Positions 31,439 through 41,385 of a DNA stretch of 64,000 nt are shown piece after piece. Position numbers and translations under genes: made by a program. The stretch lies in IMG/VR virus record IMGVR_UViG_2643221865_000004. The stretch is one strand, 5' to 3'. The DNA comes from an uncultured virus (IMG/VR IMGVR_UViG_2643221865_000004) (lineage: Duplodnaviria; Heunggongvirae; Uroviricota; Caudoviricetes). The notes below the pieces were generated by a model. The model did no database searches, was not told the DNA's origin, and saw only the letters and a program-made list of their open reading frames with translations. Each line of letters opens with the position of its first letter. Within the stretch, counting starts at the first letter, position 1.

Positions 31439-32818
31439 TCACGGCTCCATGTCTTCATGCAGGACGACGCGGGACAGTTCCACGGTCCCGTCCGGCAGTT
31501 TCCAGAAGTGGAGGCGGCGTGCGGATGAGGTGTTCGTTTCGATGTTCGCCCGGTAGCAGATGGCGCCGTCGTCGCGGGTGCGGGGCGCGTCGTCGCCGCC
31601 TTCGCCGGTGCGGAGCGGGTGGACGTTCCGGCCGCTGATGGTGCGGGCGCGCCCGGTGATGACATCCACGATGGTACGGAGTGCTTTCGTGCGCTGGCCG
31701 TCGTCGAACGTGTCGATCGACTCGGAGAATGCCGGACCGACGATGTAGTCGGACAGCGGGTAGTCGTCCTTCTCGTAGGACGGGACGCGCTCTGCCCAGG
31801 CGGAGGTGACCGCGTACCGGAGGGTGCGTTCCGGGTCAGCGAACCATTCCGGCTTCCAGTACGGATCCGCGGCTGCCGTGGCAGGCTTCGGTTTCTTGGT
31901 TCGGGCTGATGCGCGATGCACCTCGTCGCGGTCCTGGATGGTGCGGTTCAGCCGGGCGTTCTCCACCCGCAGTTCGCTGAGCTCAGCGGCATGGGCAAGT
32001 GAAGCGGCTGTCGCTGCGGACTTCAGGTTGTGGACTGTGGTGAGGGCTGCCTGCAGGGCGGTGCGACGCTCCGCCGGGGTCGGGCCCTGAGGCGTTGGGA
32101 CCTCGACCGCCTCGACCGCCTCGACCGCCTCGACCGGTGAGGCTGTGGGCGCGGCTGCGACTGTGGCGGGCGACGGGGCGGGCGTTGCCGCAGGCGACAG
32201 GCCGAGTGTGGGCGCTGGTGTCGGTGCGGGAGCTACAGGCGCGGGCTTGGGCGTCGGGACGGGTGCCGGCGCGGGAGCGGGCTTCGGCACGGGAGCTGCG
32301 CCGAGGCGCGCCGCGAGGGCGGCCGGGGTCGGCGGTGGGGTCGAAGGCTTCGCCGGTGCGGAAGGAGCGGCAGGGGCGGCACGGCGAACCGCCGGTGTTG
32401 GCGTGTACTCCGGTGCGAGGTAGCTGGCGGTGATCGCCGCGTCCACGAGCTCGTGGGTCTTCTCTTCTGCCTGGTCTTCGTCGTAGGCGAGGACGATCGG
32501 GGCTTTCCGCCAGTTCTGGATCCACGCGTCTCCGGTCGGGTAGACGCGGGCTGCACCGCCGTACACGCTGACGTCCAACGGCATCTCGTCGGAGAAGGTG
32601 TACGCGAGCGTTCTACTTGTGATCAGGTACACGTCGGCTGCGGAACCGATTTCGGCTGCGATGCGGTTCGGGTTGAACCGCGGCACCCCGGCCTCGGAAG
32701 GGCAGGTGACGACGACTGCGACGCGGTGGCGTGACGGGTTGGTGAGTTCAGCGGCGAGCCCTCGGACGGCTGCTGCATCCTCGATGCGGTACACGTTGCG
32801 GGTGTCGACGGCGGTCAT
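31439..32818 (-). CDS. Coiled-coil protein with C-terminal RelE/ParE-like domain (paralog 2)
   Basis: Shares the N-terminal VYGGAARVYP and C-terminal HPLRTGEGG...ARRLHFW domains with 22569-23843. Confidence 0.7.
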   Translation of the reverse strand: MTAVDTRNVYRIEDAAAVRGLAAELTNPSRHRVAVVVTCPSEAGVPRFNPNRIAAEIGSAADVYLITSRTLAYTFSDEMPLDVSVYGGAARVYPTGDAWIQNWRKAPIVLAYDEDQAEEKTHELVDAAITASYLAPEYTPTPAVRRAAPAAPSAPAKPSTPPPTPAALAARLGAAPVPKPAPAPAPVPTPKPAPVAPAPTPAPTLGLSPAATPAPSPATVAAAPTASPVEAVEAVEAVEVPTPQGPTPAERRTALQAALTTVHNLKSAATAASLAHAAELSELRVENARLNRTIQDRDEVHRASARTKKPKPATAAADPYWKPEWFADPERTLRYAVTSAWAERVPSYEKDDYPLSDYIVGPAFSESIDTFDDGQRTKALRTIVDVITGRARTISGRNVHPLRTGEGGDDAPRTRDDGAICYRANIETNTSSARRLHFWKLPDGTVELSRVVLHEDMEP

Positions 32819-33249
32819 CGCGTCGCCCCGTTCCGGGCGACGACGACGTGGTCGGCGGCTTCCCAGGTCTCAAAGACGTTGATCCCGGCTTTCATCGCCC
32901 TGCGGATGCAGTCTCGGGTGCCGCTGTTCCTCTCGCCTTCCTTCAGGAACGCCAGGCAGATGTCAGCACCGAGGTCGACCATCTTCTGGTTGCGGGTGAA
33001 TCCGGCCAGCTTGTCGGTCGGTCCGTTCGGACCTTCCGGCTGCCAGATGGCGGGGTGGATCTCCTCGGTCGCCCGGCCGCGGTTGTCTCGGGCCACCTGG
33101 CCGGCGAGCTTGTCGGCGCCGCGGGCGTTCCCGTGGATGACGGTCAACGGCTGGCGACCGAAATCTACCCAGGTCTGGGTGATCGCGGCGGCTACGGTGG
33201 AGCGCTGTTTGATCTCTCGGCTGCCGGTGATGAGGACTCGGACGCTCAC
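32815..33249 (-). CDS. DUF2493/YspA-like SLOG protein
   Basis: VLITGSR, IHGNARGAD, AGFTRNQKMV, SGTRDCI. Confidence 0.85.
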   Translation of the reverse strand: MSVRVLITGSREIKQRSTVAAAITQTWVDFGRQPLTVIHGNARGADKLAGQVARDNRGRATEEIHPAIWQPEGPNGPTDKLAGFTRNQKMVDLGADICLAFLKEGERNSGTRDCIRRAMKAGINVFETWEAADHVVVARNGATR

Positions 33250-33391
33250 TTCCGGGCCCCGGTTCCAGAGGCGTGTGACGCCTCTTCCTGAGGGCTGGTG
33301 GGGTGTGAGCTGCGCATTGGAATCCTCCTGAGGTGGTGTTCCCCTCCCTCATGTGCGGACGGTCGCGGCTTTGCGTGTCAGGGCTGAGCTG

Positions 33392-33979
33392 TTACTGCAG
33401 TGTCTTGACCAGGTCCTCGACAGAGGGAACGTCTTCGGTCGGGGTGCTGCCGAGCAGGTCGGAGACGTCGAAACCATCGGGGATGGTCACAGCTCCAGGT
33501 GCGGTGATCTGCCCGCTGAGCAGGCCGAGGACTCCGCTGCCCGGGCCGGCCTCTCCCCCGGCCCCGAACCCGGAGGTGACGCCGGTGATGATGAGTACCA
33601 CTGCGTCGACAGCCACAAGCCCGATGAACACGAGAACGGACACCGGCGCGAGGATGCTGAGACGCACGATGACCGCGACCATCACCTTCCCCGCTGACCA
33701 TCCCGAGTACCGGCCCTGCTCCGCCGCCCAGTAGAGGACGTTGAGGCCAAGAACCACACCGGTCGGGGCGAGGAACACGAGTGGGTTGAAGGCGAACAGC
33801 CCTGTCCGGGATCCGAAGACATCCTGCACGTACAGAGCCGCTGACACAGTCAGGATCGCGGCGGCAAAGGAGCCCAACCAGATCTTCGAGGCGGACTTCC
33901 GGGCGGGCCGGCTGGGCCGGAGGTCGTCCGCGGCGACGGGCTCGCCGGCCAGGTTAAGGGTGTCTGCTGATTCGCTCAC
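33392..33979 (-). CDS. Membrane protein
   Basis: Three to four hydrophobic segments; GTG 33979 lies 9 nt after the motif. Confidence 0.7.
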   Translation of the reverse strand: MSESADTLNLAGEPVAADDLRPSRPARKSASKIWLGSFAAAILTVSAALYVQDVFGSRTGLFAFNPLVFLAPTGVVLGLNVLYWAAEQGRYSGWSAGKVMVAVIVRLSILAPVSVLVFIGLVAVDAVVLIITGVTSGFGAGGEAGPGSGVLGLLSGQITAPGAVTIPDGFDVSDLLGSTPTEDVPSVEDLVKTLQ

Positions 33980-33987
33980 GGAGGTGG

Positions 33988-34015
33988 GCATGTGGCGTGG
34001 GTCTGCGCCACATGC
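33988..34015. promoter_or_regulatory. Back-to-back CGCCACATG motifs serving divergent genes
   Basis: GCATGTGGCG-TGGGTCTG-CGCCACATGC; start codons 9 and 10 nt away on either side. Confidence 0.75.
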
Positions 34016-34024
34016 CTATCGGGC

Positions 34025-34612
34025 ATGCCCCCGCAGAACATCACAGCCAAGGATGTGCTGACGGCTGTCCGCCGGAAGCACCGGAAAGACGCCGTCATCC
34101 GTGAGGTCGTGGTCGACGACCCGTTCCATCTCGTGATCCTGAACAGGTGGCGGTTGGAGACGAACCCGGCTCGGTGGGAGGGGAAGATCCACCCGTCGGA
34201 GGTGGCCCCGTCGATCCCGGACGGGTGGACCCCTCAGGATTCCCCGCCGAAACGGCGGATCGATGCGTTGATCGTCGAGTCCGGCATGCTGACTGCCGTG
34301 GAGATCAAGATTTCCCGAGCCGACTTCAAACGCGACGTCGAGGCGAAGAGGCGGGCGTGGAAACTGTTCACGAACCGTTTCGTGTACGCCACCCCGAAAG
34401 GCCTGCTGCAGCCTCACGAGATCCCGGAAGGCTGCGGTCTGTGGGAGTTCGACGCGGACGCAGTGAACCCGAGGTCGGTGAAGTCGCACGGGATCACTGT
34501 GACGAAGAAGGCGATCGTGAACCATCACCCTGCCGCGTTGCCTGGACAGGTGTTCGTCGCGCTCGCGTACCGGGTGTCGAAATACGAGACGATCGAGGAG
34601 AGGCGCAGCTGA
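34025..34612 (+). CDS. MmcB-like PD-(D/E)XK endonuclease
   Basis: RIDALIV...AVEIKISRADFKRD, FVYATPKGLL..HEIPEGCGL. Confidence 0.75.
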   Translation: MPPQNITAKDVLTAVRRKHRKDAVIREVVVDDPFHLVILNRWRLETNPARWEGKIHPSEVAPSIPDGWTPQDSPPKRRIDALIVESGMLTAVEIKISRADFKRDVEAKRRAWKLFTNRFVYATPKGLLQPHEIPEGCGLWEFDADAVNPRSVKSHGITVTKKAIVNHHPAALPGQVFVALAYRVSKYETIEERRS

Positions 34613-35160
34613 TGGGCAGACCCAACAGCCCACGACTCGGCGACACATCAGCGTTCCAGATCGCCACCCGCCGCGACCAGTTCGTCCACGCAGCCATCAC
34701 CTTCCTCGTGAACCGGATCGCATCCCAGCACTACCGCGCATACGTCACTGCCGTGGAGAGCATCGGTGCTGACGCGATCACCAGGCAGGCTGCCGAGGCG
34801 GAGGCGCAGGCTGCTCCGGTCGTCGAGAACCGCGACTACGACCTGTGGACCGGTTTCGGAAGCGGTGTCCTCCGCACCCACGCCCGCTCTCAATGCTCAG
34901 GGACCCCTTGCTGCCTTCACGCACCGTCCGACCACCCGCTGACCGGTTCGCCGATGTCGTGGCTTGATGACCGGATGATGATGGAACGGATCTGCGAACA
35001 CGGCATTCACCACCCCGATCCGGACGACCTGGACTACAAACGTCGTGTGCTGAACCCAGCCTTGTACCTCGCTGGAGACTACGAAACCCACGACTGCGAC
35101 GGATGCTGCGTCCCATCTCGGATAGCCATCCGCTGGCCGTTCCGACGCCACCGACCGTGA
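34612..35160 (+). CDS. Cys/His-rich hypothetical protein
   Basis: TGATG coupling; CSGTPCCLHAPSDHP, ERICEHGIHHPDPD, HDCDGCC. Confidence 0.7.
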   Translation: MGRPNSPRLGDTSAFQIATRRDQFVHAAITFLVNRIASQHYRAYVTAVESIGADAITRQAAEAEAQAAPVVENRDYDLWTGFGSGVLRTHARSQCSGTPCCLHAPSDHPLTGSPMSWLDDRMMMERICEHGIHHPDPDDLDYKRRVLNPALYLAGDYETHDCDGCCVPSRIAIRWPFRRHRP

Positions 35161-35221
35161 GTGGCTTCGGGGCCGGGGCGCGCCGAAGCTGACCGCAGAT
35201 CCGCCACATGTCTGCACTGAA

Positions 35222-35704
35222 GTGAGCACCAGTCGTAACCCGGACACGACGGCGACGTACCAGATCGCTGTGTCCAACAACCGACGGAAGAAGCCACGGT
35301 TCACCTCCGAGCTGATGGGAGCGGATTCCACCCCCACCGACTTCGAGGACGTCGAGTCCGACGTCGTCATCCCGCGGCTCGGATCTCTGGACCTCCTCCA
35401 CGTCGCCGCCGGCGCTTTCGGCGAAGGCTGGTCCGTCCGACGGATCGGTGTTTCTGACGGTGCCATGCTCCCCATGGAAGGTGACGTCATCCCGGACAGG
35501 TTGCGCCGCAACCTCGGCCGGCATGGGGCGTCGTCGGCGCTGCTCTGGCTGACCGATGAATGCCCAGGCGCCGCGGTCGTGGATGTGACCGTCATCCCAG
35601 CGAACGGGCGGGAGTTCACCCTCACCCGCCTCGGCGGGGTGACTGGCGACACCAGCCAGGAAGCGATCCAGCTGCTGCGATCCGTGTGGTCCCAGGTCCG
35701 CTGA
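35222..35704 (+). CDS. Hypothetical protein
   Basis: GTG 11 nt after CGCCACATG (35202). Confidence 0.7.
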   Translation: MSTSRNPDTTATYQIAVSNNRRKKPRFTSELMGADSTPTDFEDVESDVVIPRLGSLDLLHVAAGAFGEGWSVRRIGVSDGAMLPMEGDVIPDRLRRNLGRHGASSALLWLTDECPGAAVVDVTVIPANGREFTLTRLGGVTGDTSQEAIQLLRSVWSQVR

Positions 35705-35794
35705 TGTCGGTGGCCGGCCCCATCATTGGAGAAGGCAGGATGCCGGACCGCACGGACAGGATTCCGAAACCAACCATCTTGTGAGGAACATCCT

Positions 35795-36163
35795 TTGAGC
35801 ATCACCGCTGAGAAGTCCGCCGGAACCGTCGAGCAGTTCAACGTCACGATCCCCGGAGCGGATGTCGTCTCGGTCACCGCCACCTGGACCCCCGGGTACG
35901 ACAAGCTGCTGCAGCCCGCGATCGGGTCCGACGGGGTGAACGACATCCTCGAGGAGTGGGAGAAGGCGGCCCCCGGCGCCCGGAAGTACCTGTGGGGCAC
36001 CACGGAGCGCAGCGACGACGACGCATTCCTGTCCTGGACCGACGAGTCCGGTGTCGTCAACCTGCAGTCCTGGCCGACCGGGAACCCGTCCGACACGTAC
36101 AACCTGGAGACGTTGGAGCTGCTGCTGCCGGCGTCGCACCTGATCGTCGCCTCAGCCGACTGA
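35795..36163 (+). CDS. Hypothetical protein
   Basis: GAGGA RBS and TTG start; followed by a terminator. Confidence 0.7.
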   Translation: MSITAEKSAGTVEQFNVTIPGADVVSVTATWTPGYDKLLQPAIGSDGVNDILEEWEKAAPGARKYLWGTTERSDDDAFLSWTDESGVVNLQSWPTGNPSDTYNLETLELLLPASHLIVASAD

Positions 36164-36182
36164 GCCGTCCACCCACCCGGAC

Positions 36183-36216
36183 AAGCCCGGCCTGCCCCTA
36201 CGCAGGTCGGGCTTTT
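36183..36216 (+). terminator. Rho-independent terminator
   Basis: AAGCCCGGCCTGC-loop-GCAGGTCGGGCTTTT. Confidence 0.7.
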
Positions 36217-36281
36217 CTGCGCAGAAACCGGCGATGCCGCACATGTTGGTGTGGAACTACACCCTCTTGAAAGGAGTCGAC

Positions 36282-36395
36282 GTGCTCACAACCATCCTCG
36301 TCGCCGCCACCCTCACCGTCATCGCAGCTGCTGCCATCGGCTACGCCATCTGCAGCTTGCTCGCCGAGCAGACCAGCCGCCGGTCGGCACGGTGA
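36282..36395 (+). CDS. 37-aa single-TM peptide
   Basis: AAGGAG RBS, GTG start, MLTTILVAATLTVIAAAAIGYAICSLLAEQTSRRSAR*; GTGA overlap with the next gene; CCGCACATG at 36237. Confidence 0.65.
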   Translation: MLTTILVAATLTVIAAAAIGYAICSLLAEQTSRRSAR

Positions 36396-36985
36396 CCGCC
36401 GAAGCGCTGATCTCCAACCTGCTCCGCGACCTGGTCGAGCAGATCGAAGCTGTCGGCGCCGCCGAGCTGTCCGCCGGGTTCCTCGGAGGCGACTACGGGT
36501 ACGGCGCCGAGGTCGACAACGACGTGTTCGAGATGTTCCCGTACTACTCGGGCGACTGCGAATGCGGTCACAACGATGCAGAGTCCTCCTGGATCGACGC
36601 GCACCCGCACGCCGGCGACTGCTACCAGACCGAACTGCAGCGACGTCAGGAAGCTGACGAGGCCGCCAACGGACTCCTCAGCGACAACTGGTCCACCATC
36701 GCCAGTGACCTCGCTTCCGAGCGGGGCCTTCCCGAGCTCGGATGCGGAATGCACTGCACCTGCGGCCGGGACGACCTCTACGCCGCCTGGGCTTCGGAGA
36801 ACACGCACTCACCGACCTGCGGTGTTGTGCGCCCGAACTTCCTCCACAAGCCGACCGGCGTCCGCGTCGACTGGTACAAGTACATCGGACGGGGCATGGA
36901 GATCACCGCCCCGGAGGCCTTCACGACGAAGGATTGGCTGACGCTGTACCTCGACTGCGCCGAGTCCTTGAACGCTGCAGCCTAG
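36392..36985 (+). CDS. Cys/His-containing hypothetical protein
   Basis: DCECG, HCTCG, RPNFLHKPTG.RVDWYKYIGRGM. Confidence 0.7.
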   Translation: MTAEALISNLLRDLVEQIEAVGAAELSAGFLGGDYGYGAEVDNDVFEMFPYYSGDCECGHNDAESSWIDAHPHAGDCYQTELQRRQEADEAANGLLSDNWSTIASDLASERGLPELGCGMHCTCGRDDLYAAWASENTHSPTCGVVRPNFLHKPTGVRVDWYKYIGRGMEITAPEAFTTKDWLTLYLDCAESLNAAA

Positions 36986-37359
36986 AGGGAGACGTGGACG
37001 TCAGCGTCGACGTCTGAAGCATCCACAGCCACAGTGGTCAACCCCGCGGTGCGGGCCACTTCGATCAGCTCACGATGGGATGAGAGCAGCACTCCGCCTT
37101 CGCAGAGGAGCAACGTGACGTCCTCCGGCGTGTCACGACCTACCGTCACGACGACGACCCGCTCATAGCTGTTCAGCCCCCGGAGGATCTGCTCGGCGTT
37201 GCCTGCCTTCAGGTTCGACAAGACGTATTGGGTGGCGCCCGCTTCGGCGAAAGCGGGGACAAGATCCTCCGCCAGCCAGGTCGGGCCGTCAGCAACGGTA
37301 GCCGCCAACCCCAGCTCCCACACAACGGTGGAGTCGGTAGCGGATTCGATGACATTCAC
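36982..37359 (-). CDS. Hypothetical protein (start uncertain)
   Basis: ORF downstream of the motif at 37409. Confidence 0.5.
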   Translation of the reverse strand: MNVIESATDSTVVWELGLAATVADGPTWLAEDLVPAFAEAGATQYVLSNLKAGNAEQILRGLNSYERVVVVTVGRDTPEDVTLLLCEGGVLLSSHRELIEVARTAGLTTVAVDASDVDADVHVSL

Positions 37360-37479
37360 TCGGTCTGCCGAGGTTCCCCACGATGTTGTCGTCTGCACAT
37401 CAGGGAGGCATGTGGCGAGGGATGAAGTTCGGCGCCCCACCCGAAGGTGAGACGCCGAACTGTCATCGTCGGTTCGTGT

Positions 37480-40347
37480 TCAGTTCACCGTTGCGGTCTG
37501 CGCAGACGTCCACGCGGTGTTCTTGTACCCGGTCTTCGTGGCTGTGACGGTGACGGAGAGCTTCGCCGTCTTGTCCGCGACTGCCAGCTTGTACGTCTTC
37601 GCTGTAGCGCCGGCGATCGGCGTTCCGTTGCGGAGCCACTGGTACTTGAACGTCGTCGTCGCTGGAGTCCATCCGGACCCAGCTGTTGCGGTCAGCACCT
37701 GACCGACTGTGGTGGCGCCGGTGACCGTCGGGAGTGCCGATCCGGTGAACGACGGCTTCTCAGCGACCGTCGCGGTCTGGGCGCTGATCCAGTCTCGGGA
37801 GACGTAGGCGGCATTCACCGCGGTCACCTTCACGGTGATCTTCTTGCCAACCTCAGCGTCCTTCAGCGTGTACGTCTTCGCGGCAGCTCCGACGATGTCG
37901 ACACCGTTCGCGGCCCACTGGTACTTGTAGGAGGTCGGGGCCGGTGTGAGACCCGATGCGGTGGCGGTGAGGACCTTCCCGTTCACTGGGTCGCCGGTGA
38001 TCGTGGTGGCTGGGGTGCCGACGAACGGGAGCATCGCCCCGACGGCGCTCCCCGCCACTGTCCATGTGGAGGTGGTGTAGCCGGGTGCGGCGGCGGTCAC
38101 CTTGACGTTGACGACCTTTCCGAGGTCAGCGGCCTTCAGCGTGTAGGTCTTCGCGGTGGCGCCAACGATCGCTTCCGTGCCGGCGAACCACTGGTACGTG
38201 AACTTCGGTGCCGGGGTGAGACCGGCCGGGGCGACTGCCAAAGCCTGCCCCACGTTGAACTTCCCAGTGACAGGAGCTGCGAAGGAGCCAGCGAACGAGG
38301 ACAGCACCCCGACCTGAACCTGGTTGCTGGTCCAGGTGACGCTGGTGACACCGGCGCGGACGGCGGTGACGGCGACGGTGAGCTTCGCGGTCATGTCTGC
38401 GTCTTTGACGGTGTACGCGGCGGTTGTCGCCCCGGTGATCAGAGCGCCGTTGCGGTACCACTGGTACTTGAACGAGGTCGGCTTCGGTGCCCAGCCGGCG
38501 TCGGGGACGGCGGTGAGTTTGGTGCCCCACTTCACAGGCTCGGTGCCGGTGAAAGTGATGGCCGGCTTGTTCGTTCCGGTGAACGGGCTGATGGGCGGGA
38601 CGGCGACCGCAGCTGACACCCAGGTGCGGTTCGGACGGCCGGTCACCTTCGCTGTCACGGCGACAGTCAGGTTCTTCTGCAGGTCGGAGGCTGTCAGGGT
38701 GTACTTCGCCGCTGTGGCGCCGGCGATGGGTGCGCCTTCACGCATCCACTGGTACGCGTACGAGGTTGGCTTCGGCGCCCAGTCAGTGCCGGGCACGGCA
38801 GTGAGCGCCGCACCCTGCAGACGGTCGCCGACGATGGTCGGAAGCTGGTCGCCGAGGAAGCCGGTGCTGGTCGTGACAGTGAGAGTCGCTGTGGACCCGG
38901 TGATGGCGTCGATCTTGACGGTCACCCCGGATGCGCCGGAACGGAAGGTGTCACCGGCAGCCCAGACGAACGAGCGGATCCCCGTTGAGACCTGCTTGGG
39001 GATGACAACGGATTGGCCTCCAGCGTCCTGCTTCAAGATGCGCACACCGGTTCCGACGCGAGGGCGTTCGTTCGCGCTCGGGTTCGGGTACCTGGTGTAC
39101 AGGGCGTTCGTGTCGCGGCCGGTGGCGTTGCGGTATTCGACGTAGTAGGTGACGTTCGACACCGGGTCGGTGACCTTGACGCCGCGTGAACCGGATCCGG
39201 CTGAGGCGGCGTTCAGCGTGAACTGGTTGGTCCCGGTCGGCGCGGTGACCATGTCGGCGCCCAGGGTGTTCAGGCGTGCCCGCTGCGTGACGTTCAGGGC
39301 AGTCAACGTCGGGTTCGATGCACCGTTCAGCAGGTACGAAGCCGCCATCGTGTCGTACAGGTCCCCGTACGCCTGGTCGGAGCAGCCGGAGGTGTAGCCG
39401 GCGACACCGTCGACGACAGGGGCTTTGCAGTTGTGGGTGTTGGAGTGTCCGAGGGAGAAGTTGTGCCCGAACTCGTGGGCGATCGTCTGGGCGTTTCCTC
39501 CGGGGACGTCAGCCATCCAAACCGTGCCGCCTGAGTTCAACCCGGCCCCGACCGTGGCGAGGCCGATGGCGCCATTGGCGCAGCTGTTCGGGGAGATGAC
39601 AAGCAGGTGTCGGCCGGGAGTGTTGTAGTAGGTGGATGGGGTCATCCCGAACTTCGCTGCCGCTTCGTTCCACAGGTTGTTCTGGTTGCAGCCTGCGGTG
39701 GTGGTGTACCGGCTGACCGGGTTGACCCGTGAGATCCCGGAGATCCCGTTGGACGCCTGGTCCGTCCAGAACTCTGATGCGGTGGCGACGATTCCGTCCA
39801 CCTGCGCGTCGTTGAATGGGGCGACCTGGCCGCCGGTGGTGACGACAGCGACGTCGACAGTGTGGGTGACGCCCGACGCGGCAGTCACCACTCCCTCCAC
39901 TTGTATTGCTGCCAGCGGGAGGGGTGTGCTTCCGGTCTCCTCGGTGATCGCCTTCCCTGCTGCGCTGCCGGACTCGACGGTGCCGGACACCCGAATGCCG
40001 GCGTCGCTGACCAGGTCGGCATCGGCGACAGCGGTTGCGTCGACATCGGCTCCGGTGGCGGCGTTATTCGGCAGGTCGGCCGGGTCGACGGGCACTTGGC
40101 TGCCGTTGGCTGTGACGATGAAGGCAGATCGTTCTGCCCCGTCCGCATTGGGGGTCGTTGCCTCTTCCTGGAGGACGACGAGCTCACCGGACAGGTGCAC
40201 CTTGACGTCGCCCTGAGGGGCGGTGGCAGCCTGTGCGGGGGTGACTGTCGTGCCGATCAACGCCAAGGAGACCAGCGCTGCGAAGAGGGTCTTCCTCTTC
40301 CATGTGGGTGTTGCTGGGCTGTGGCTGAAGTCCCTAGTGGCGCTCAT
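37480..40347 (-). CDS. Secreted zinc metalloprotease (metzincin, M11/M12-like) with five C-terminal Ig-like repeats
   Basis: Signal peptide; HEFGHNFSLGHS; YGDLYDTM Met-turn; same YQW..GAT..TY repeats as 24249-26555. Confidence 0.88.
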   Translation of the reverse strand: MSATRDFSHSPATPTWKRKTLFAALVSLALIGTTVTPAQAATAPQGDVKVHLSGELVVLQEEATTPNADGAERSAFIVTANGSQVPVDPADLPNNAATGADVDATAVADADLVSDAGIRVSGTVESGSAAGKAITEETGSTPLPLAAIQVEGVVTAASGVTHTVDVAVVTTGGQVAPFNDAQVDGIVATASEFWTDQASNGISGISRVNPVSRYTTTAGCNQNNLWNEAAAKFGMTPSTYYNTPGRHLLVISPNSCANGAIGLATVGAGLNSGGTVWMADVPGGNAQTIAHEFGHNFSLGHSNTHNCKAPVVDGVAGYTSGCSDQAYGDLYDTMAASYLLNGASNPTLTALNVTQRARLNTLGADMVTAPTGTNQFTLNAASAGSGSRGVKVTDPVSNVTYYVEYRNATGRDTNALYTRYPNPSANERPRVGTGVRILKQDAGGQSVVIPKQVSTGIRSFVWAAGDTFRSGASGVTVKIDAITGSTATLTVTTSTGFLGDQLPTIVGDRLQGAALTAVPGTDWAPKPTSYAYQWMREGAPIAGATAAKYTLTASDLQKNLTVAVTAKVTGRPNRTWVSAAVAVPPISPFTGTNKPAITFTGTEPVKWGTKLTAVPDAGWAPKPTSFKYQWYRNGALITGATTAAYTVKDADMTAKLTVAVTAVRAGVTSVTWTSNQVQVGVLSSFAGSFAAPVTGKFNVGQALAVAPAGLTPAPKFTYQWFAGTEAIVGATAKTYTLKAADLGKVVNVKVTAAAPGYTTSTWTVAGSAVGAMLPFVGTPATTITGDPVNGKVLTATASGLTPAPTSYKYQWAANGVDIVGAAAKTYTLKDAEVGKKITVKVTAVNAAYVSRDWISAQTATVAEKPSFTGSALPTVTGATTVGQVLTATAGSGWTPATTTFKYQWLRNGTPIAGATAKTYKLAVADKTAKLSVTVTATKTGYKNTAWTSAQTATVN

Positions 40348-40409
40348 GCTCTTTTAGGTATGTGGCGAAAAGCCGCATGGCCCCTCGAAGAGGCGATTTC
40401 GCCCGGCGA

Positions 40410-41246
40410 TCAGTACCAGTTGAGGCTGTTGGAGTGGTCCAAAGCTGAGCAGGGAGACGCGTACCGGTCGGCGATGTATCCAAGCCCCCAGAGGATCTGC
40501 GTGCGAGCGTTCGTCTGCCAGTCGGGGCCAGCGGAGGCCATCTTCGAGCCGGGCAGCGCCTGCGGGATGCCGGTGGCGCCGCCGTTCCCGTTGTAGGCGT
40601 CCACCCGCCAGTTCGACTCCCGGTCCCACAGGGTGCTGAGGCACTGGAACTCCCCCTCGCCCCAGCCGTACTTGTCGGCGGCGATCCGGCGTGCTTGCGC
40701 ACGGGCGCCGTCCGGGGTGTTGGCGACCCGTGCGGCTTCTGCTGCGGCCGCGGCATCCGCGGCTGCCTGAGCGGCGACAGCGGCGTCGTGCTCGGCGATG
40801 GCGGTGGTGGTCGCCTGGGCGGCGGCGTCAGTGTTGTCGATCAGAGTTTCGATGCGGTCGACGCTGAGAAGTTCGTAGCGGGCGAGGCTGGCGACGTGGT
40901 CGGCCAGCTCGGTGGCGTCAACCTTCGAGGCGGCGGCCGCGATGACGGTGTTCGCAGTGCTGAGGGCAGCTTCGGCGGAAACGGAGGCTTTGAACTTGGC
41001 GATGTCGGCGTACACACCGAGGTGATCGCGGTCGAGGGAGCCTTGCTGGCTGAGGGTGACGGTGTACGCCTCCCGTTCGGCGCGGAGGTCAGCAGCGTTC
41101 GCCATGAGCGGGGCGGAGATCAGGGAGCCGCCGATGAGGGCGGCGGCGGAGATTGTGGCGATGCGGCGGCGGGCGGTTGTGCTCCCGAGGCCGGCGATTC
41201 GGTTCTTCAGGGTGATGAGGTCGGTGGTGAGGGTGCGCTGAGGCAT
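40410..41246 (-). CDS. Secreted lytic transglycosylase, paralog of 17831-18496
   Basis: CLSTLWDRESNW...GIPQALPGSKMASAGPDWQTN..TQILWGLGYIADRY. Confidence 0.85.
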   Translation of the reverse strand: MPQRTLTTDLITLKNRIAGLGSTTARRRIATISAAALIGGSLISAPLMANAADLRAEREAYTVTLSQQGSLDRDHLGVYADIAKFKASVSAEAALSTANTVIAAAASKVDATELADHVASLARYELLSVDRIETLIDNTDAAAQATTTAIAEHDAAVAAQAAADAAAAAEAARVANTPDGARAQARRIAADKYGWGEGEFQCLSTLWDRESNWRVDAYNGNGGATGIPQALPGSKMASAGPDWQTNARTQILWGLGYIADRYASPCSALDHSNSLNWY

Positions 41247-41385
41247 GGGGCTCCGATGTTCGAGCTGCCCTGCTGCGGCGACCGGAGTTGATCCGGTGGG
41301 CGCTGCCGCACCCTGTCGGGGTGTGGGGTGCGGCGCAGGCTGGTCCAGCCCCTCGCGGGAGGGGCCGGAACCTACATGCGCGGAC

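Noticed and set aside
32101..32136. CCTCGACCG tandem repeat
   Set aside because: In-frame 9-bp coding repeat (VEA)n in a linker.
33988..34015. Inverted repeats at 33988 and 54234 as terminators or transposon ends
   Set aside because: They lie between divergent starts and are fully explained by back-to-back promoter motifs.
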